Shown here in pieces: positions 62,368 to 64,000 of a DNA stretch of 64,000 bases; position 1 is the stretch's first letter, and the number at the start of each line of letters is the position of its first letter. Below the pieces are notes generated by a model, which was not told the origin of the DNA, made no database searches, and saw nothing but the letters and a program-made list of their open reading frames with translations. The stretch is from a bacterium (lineage in GTDB: Bacteria > SAR324 > NAC60-12): assembly GCA_965209155.1 (NCBI GenBank), contig OZ242383.1, positions 2,528,001-2,592,000 on the forward strand, read 5' to 3'. The translations under genes were made by a program, and so were the position numbers.

Positions 62368-62806
62368 GAAGGGGTCACTCATTATAAGATACCGCTTCCC
62401 CTCGTTCCATTTTTTTTCAAGAGTGAACCCACTTCACCAGTCCAGCCCGGTGTCATTCCCGCGAAAGCGGGAATCCAGTGTATCGCCCGGTCCTCTGGAT
62501 TCCTGGTCAAGCCAGGAATGACAAAGGAGGGGAAGGCACAAAGGCACAAAGGCACAAAGGCACAAAGGCACAAAGGCACAAAGGAAGAGAGGTGCTTCCT
62601 GAAAGAACTGATAACTGATAACTGATCACTGGCGCCAAGGCGCTATGGCACAAAGGCACAAAGGCACAGAGGCACAAAGGGGGGAAGGCACTGAGGGAAG
62701 GCACAGAGGCACAAAGGCACAAAGGGGGGAAGGCACAGAGGCACAGAGGCACAAAGGCATACTGGATTCCTGGTCTGGGCCAGGAATGACTCGCTGAGGA
62801 ATGCGG

Positions 62807-63058
62807 TTAAAAATATTTCAAAAAAGCACCCAGGACCGCGAAGCATCCGAGAATAATCCCAAAAAGCCATTTCAATAAATGAGATTCCATTTGCTTGAAA
62901 TCCGCTTTGGTGGCCATTCTCAATTCTGCCAGATCCGCTTTGGTGGCAGCTTGAGTTTCGACTGTTTCCAGCCGGGTCTCCACTCGAGTCAATCGTTCGA
63001 TGATTTCCAGAATGAGGGACTTGGGACTTTGTATTTCTTGCAGGGTTTCATCACTCAT
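62807..63058 (-). CDS. Small coiled-coil + TM protein (DUF1640-like)
   Basis: ATKADLAELRMATKADFKQMESHLLKWLFGIILG, with an AGGAGG RBS. Confidence 0.75.
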   Translation of the reverse strand: MSDETLQEIQSPKSLILEIIERLTRVETRLETVETQAATKADLAELRMATKADFKQMESHLLKWLFGIILGCFAVLGAFLKYF

Positions 63059-63464
63059 CGGCTCCTCCTTAATTTCAGTTCCCTTGTAACAAGCTACTAC
63101 CCAAAAACCCAAATGCCAAGATTCTTTTTCAATTCAGAATAATTCGAAATATTCCTCTGTGCCTCTCTTCACGCCTTTGTGCCTTCTCATGGATCTGAAG
63201 CGCTTCGGGAATCAAACCTCCGGCACCGATCCGGAGGTGCGCTCCTGAGGCACCGGCTCTTGCCTCGAGTCTGACACTCTGACGTTGATTTGGCGTACCC
63301 TGCCTGTCTGGAAGCCCTTCCGCGTAGAATTCAATGAATAAAAAATGAATGCGGTTCGGCTTGCAAATGTGATCAAATCCATATTTTATAACGACAAGGA
63401 TGCGCTAAGTATGAGAATCCCAGGACATGGTGAATTCATGAAATGCTTAACTCGAACTCAGCTT

Positions 63465-64000
63465 ATGACAGGAAAACGATTTCGAATCATGGTAGTCCTC
63501 TTGTTCATGGCAGGCATGGGTCACCATGCCGGTTGTTCTCGCACTCTTTCCCTGCAGGAGAAGACTGAAATCGATGCGGTGAGGGTGCAGGAAGAAAGAG
63601 GAAACCAGGAGCGGGTCTCCGAGACGCCATCTACTGCAAGCCTTTCGTCTGAAAAGGACCCTGCGACGTTGAATCATTCAGTGGAAGGGGAAGGTGAATT
63701 CATAGAGGACGAATTGGAAGATGAATTCGCAAGGGAAGACGAGATCGAAGTGGTGGACCCGCTCCGGGGTTACAACGAATTCATGACGGTGGTCAACGAC
63801 CGGATTTACTTCTGGATACTGCAACCGGCAGCGACGGGTTATCGAGCCGTATTGCCGCAGTTTATAAGGAGGGGTATTGCCCGGGCTTTCATCAACATCC
63901 AGTTTCCCATGCGTTTCGTCAACAATGCGTTGCAACTCAAATTCAAGCAGGCTGCCGGTGAAGCCGAGCGCTTCCTGTTGAATTCGACCATCGGGATACT
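63465..64000 (+). CDS. mlaA: MlaA/VacJ family lipoprotein, 5' part
   Basis: Manual translation: lipobox-like HAGC, then DPLRGYNEFM..VND...P.RFVNNALQLKF...ERFLLNSTIG. In-frame ATGs also occur at 63411 and 63438. Confidence 0.85.
   Translation, partial: MTGKRFRIMVVLLFMAGMGHHAGCSRTLSLQEKTEIDAVRVQEERGNQERVSETPSTASLSSEKDPATLNHSVEGEGEFIEDELEDEFAREDEIEVVDPLRGYNEFMTVVNDRIYFWILQPAATGYRAVLPQFIRRGIARAFINIQFPMRFVNNALQLKFKQAAGEAERFLLNSTIGI

Overview
This is a bacterial accessory region. A few housekeeping genes sit at the edges (mtnA partial, ltaE, fdx, cyaY, mlaA partial). Between them lies a field of short cassettes separated by composite repeats: GTCATTCC..GGAATCCAG palindromes of the dRS3/CGTC-REP type, (GGCACAAA)n octamers, (CTGATAA)n heptamers and GGGGTCAG-ended hairpins. 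Five things stand out. (1) Seven copies of a 562-bp element have IS200/IS605-type hairpin ends but no transposase, and carry a four-helix-bundle (IVS/Avd-like) gene inside its own 42-bp inverted repeat. (2) Two outward-facing TbpB-like lipoprotein + Slam operons share a 112-bp identical 5' segment around a 9.7-kb spacer, a candidate inversion switch; three silent slam fragments also occur. (3) There are two autotransporter paralogs, one knocked out by an antisense group II intron. (4) Nine stand-alone small coiled-coil + C-terminal-TM genes are scattered through the window. (5) The rest includes a TIR-TIR pair, HicAB and other TA modules, an integrase/excisionase/terminase-like remnant, an intact IS1380 and many internally deleted IS relics. 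All family assignments come from motif recognition by eye; no searches were run.
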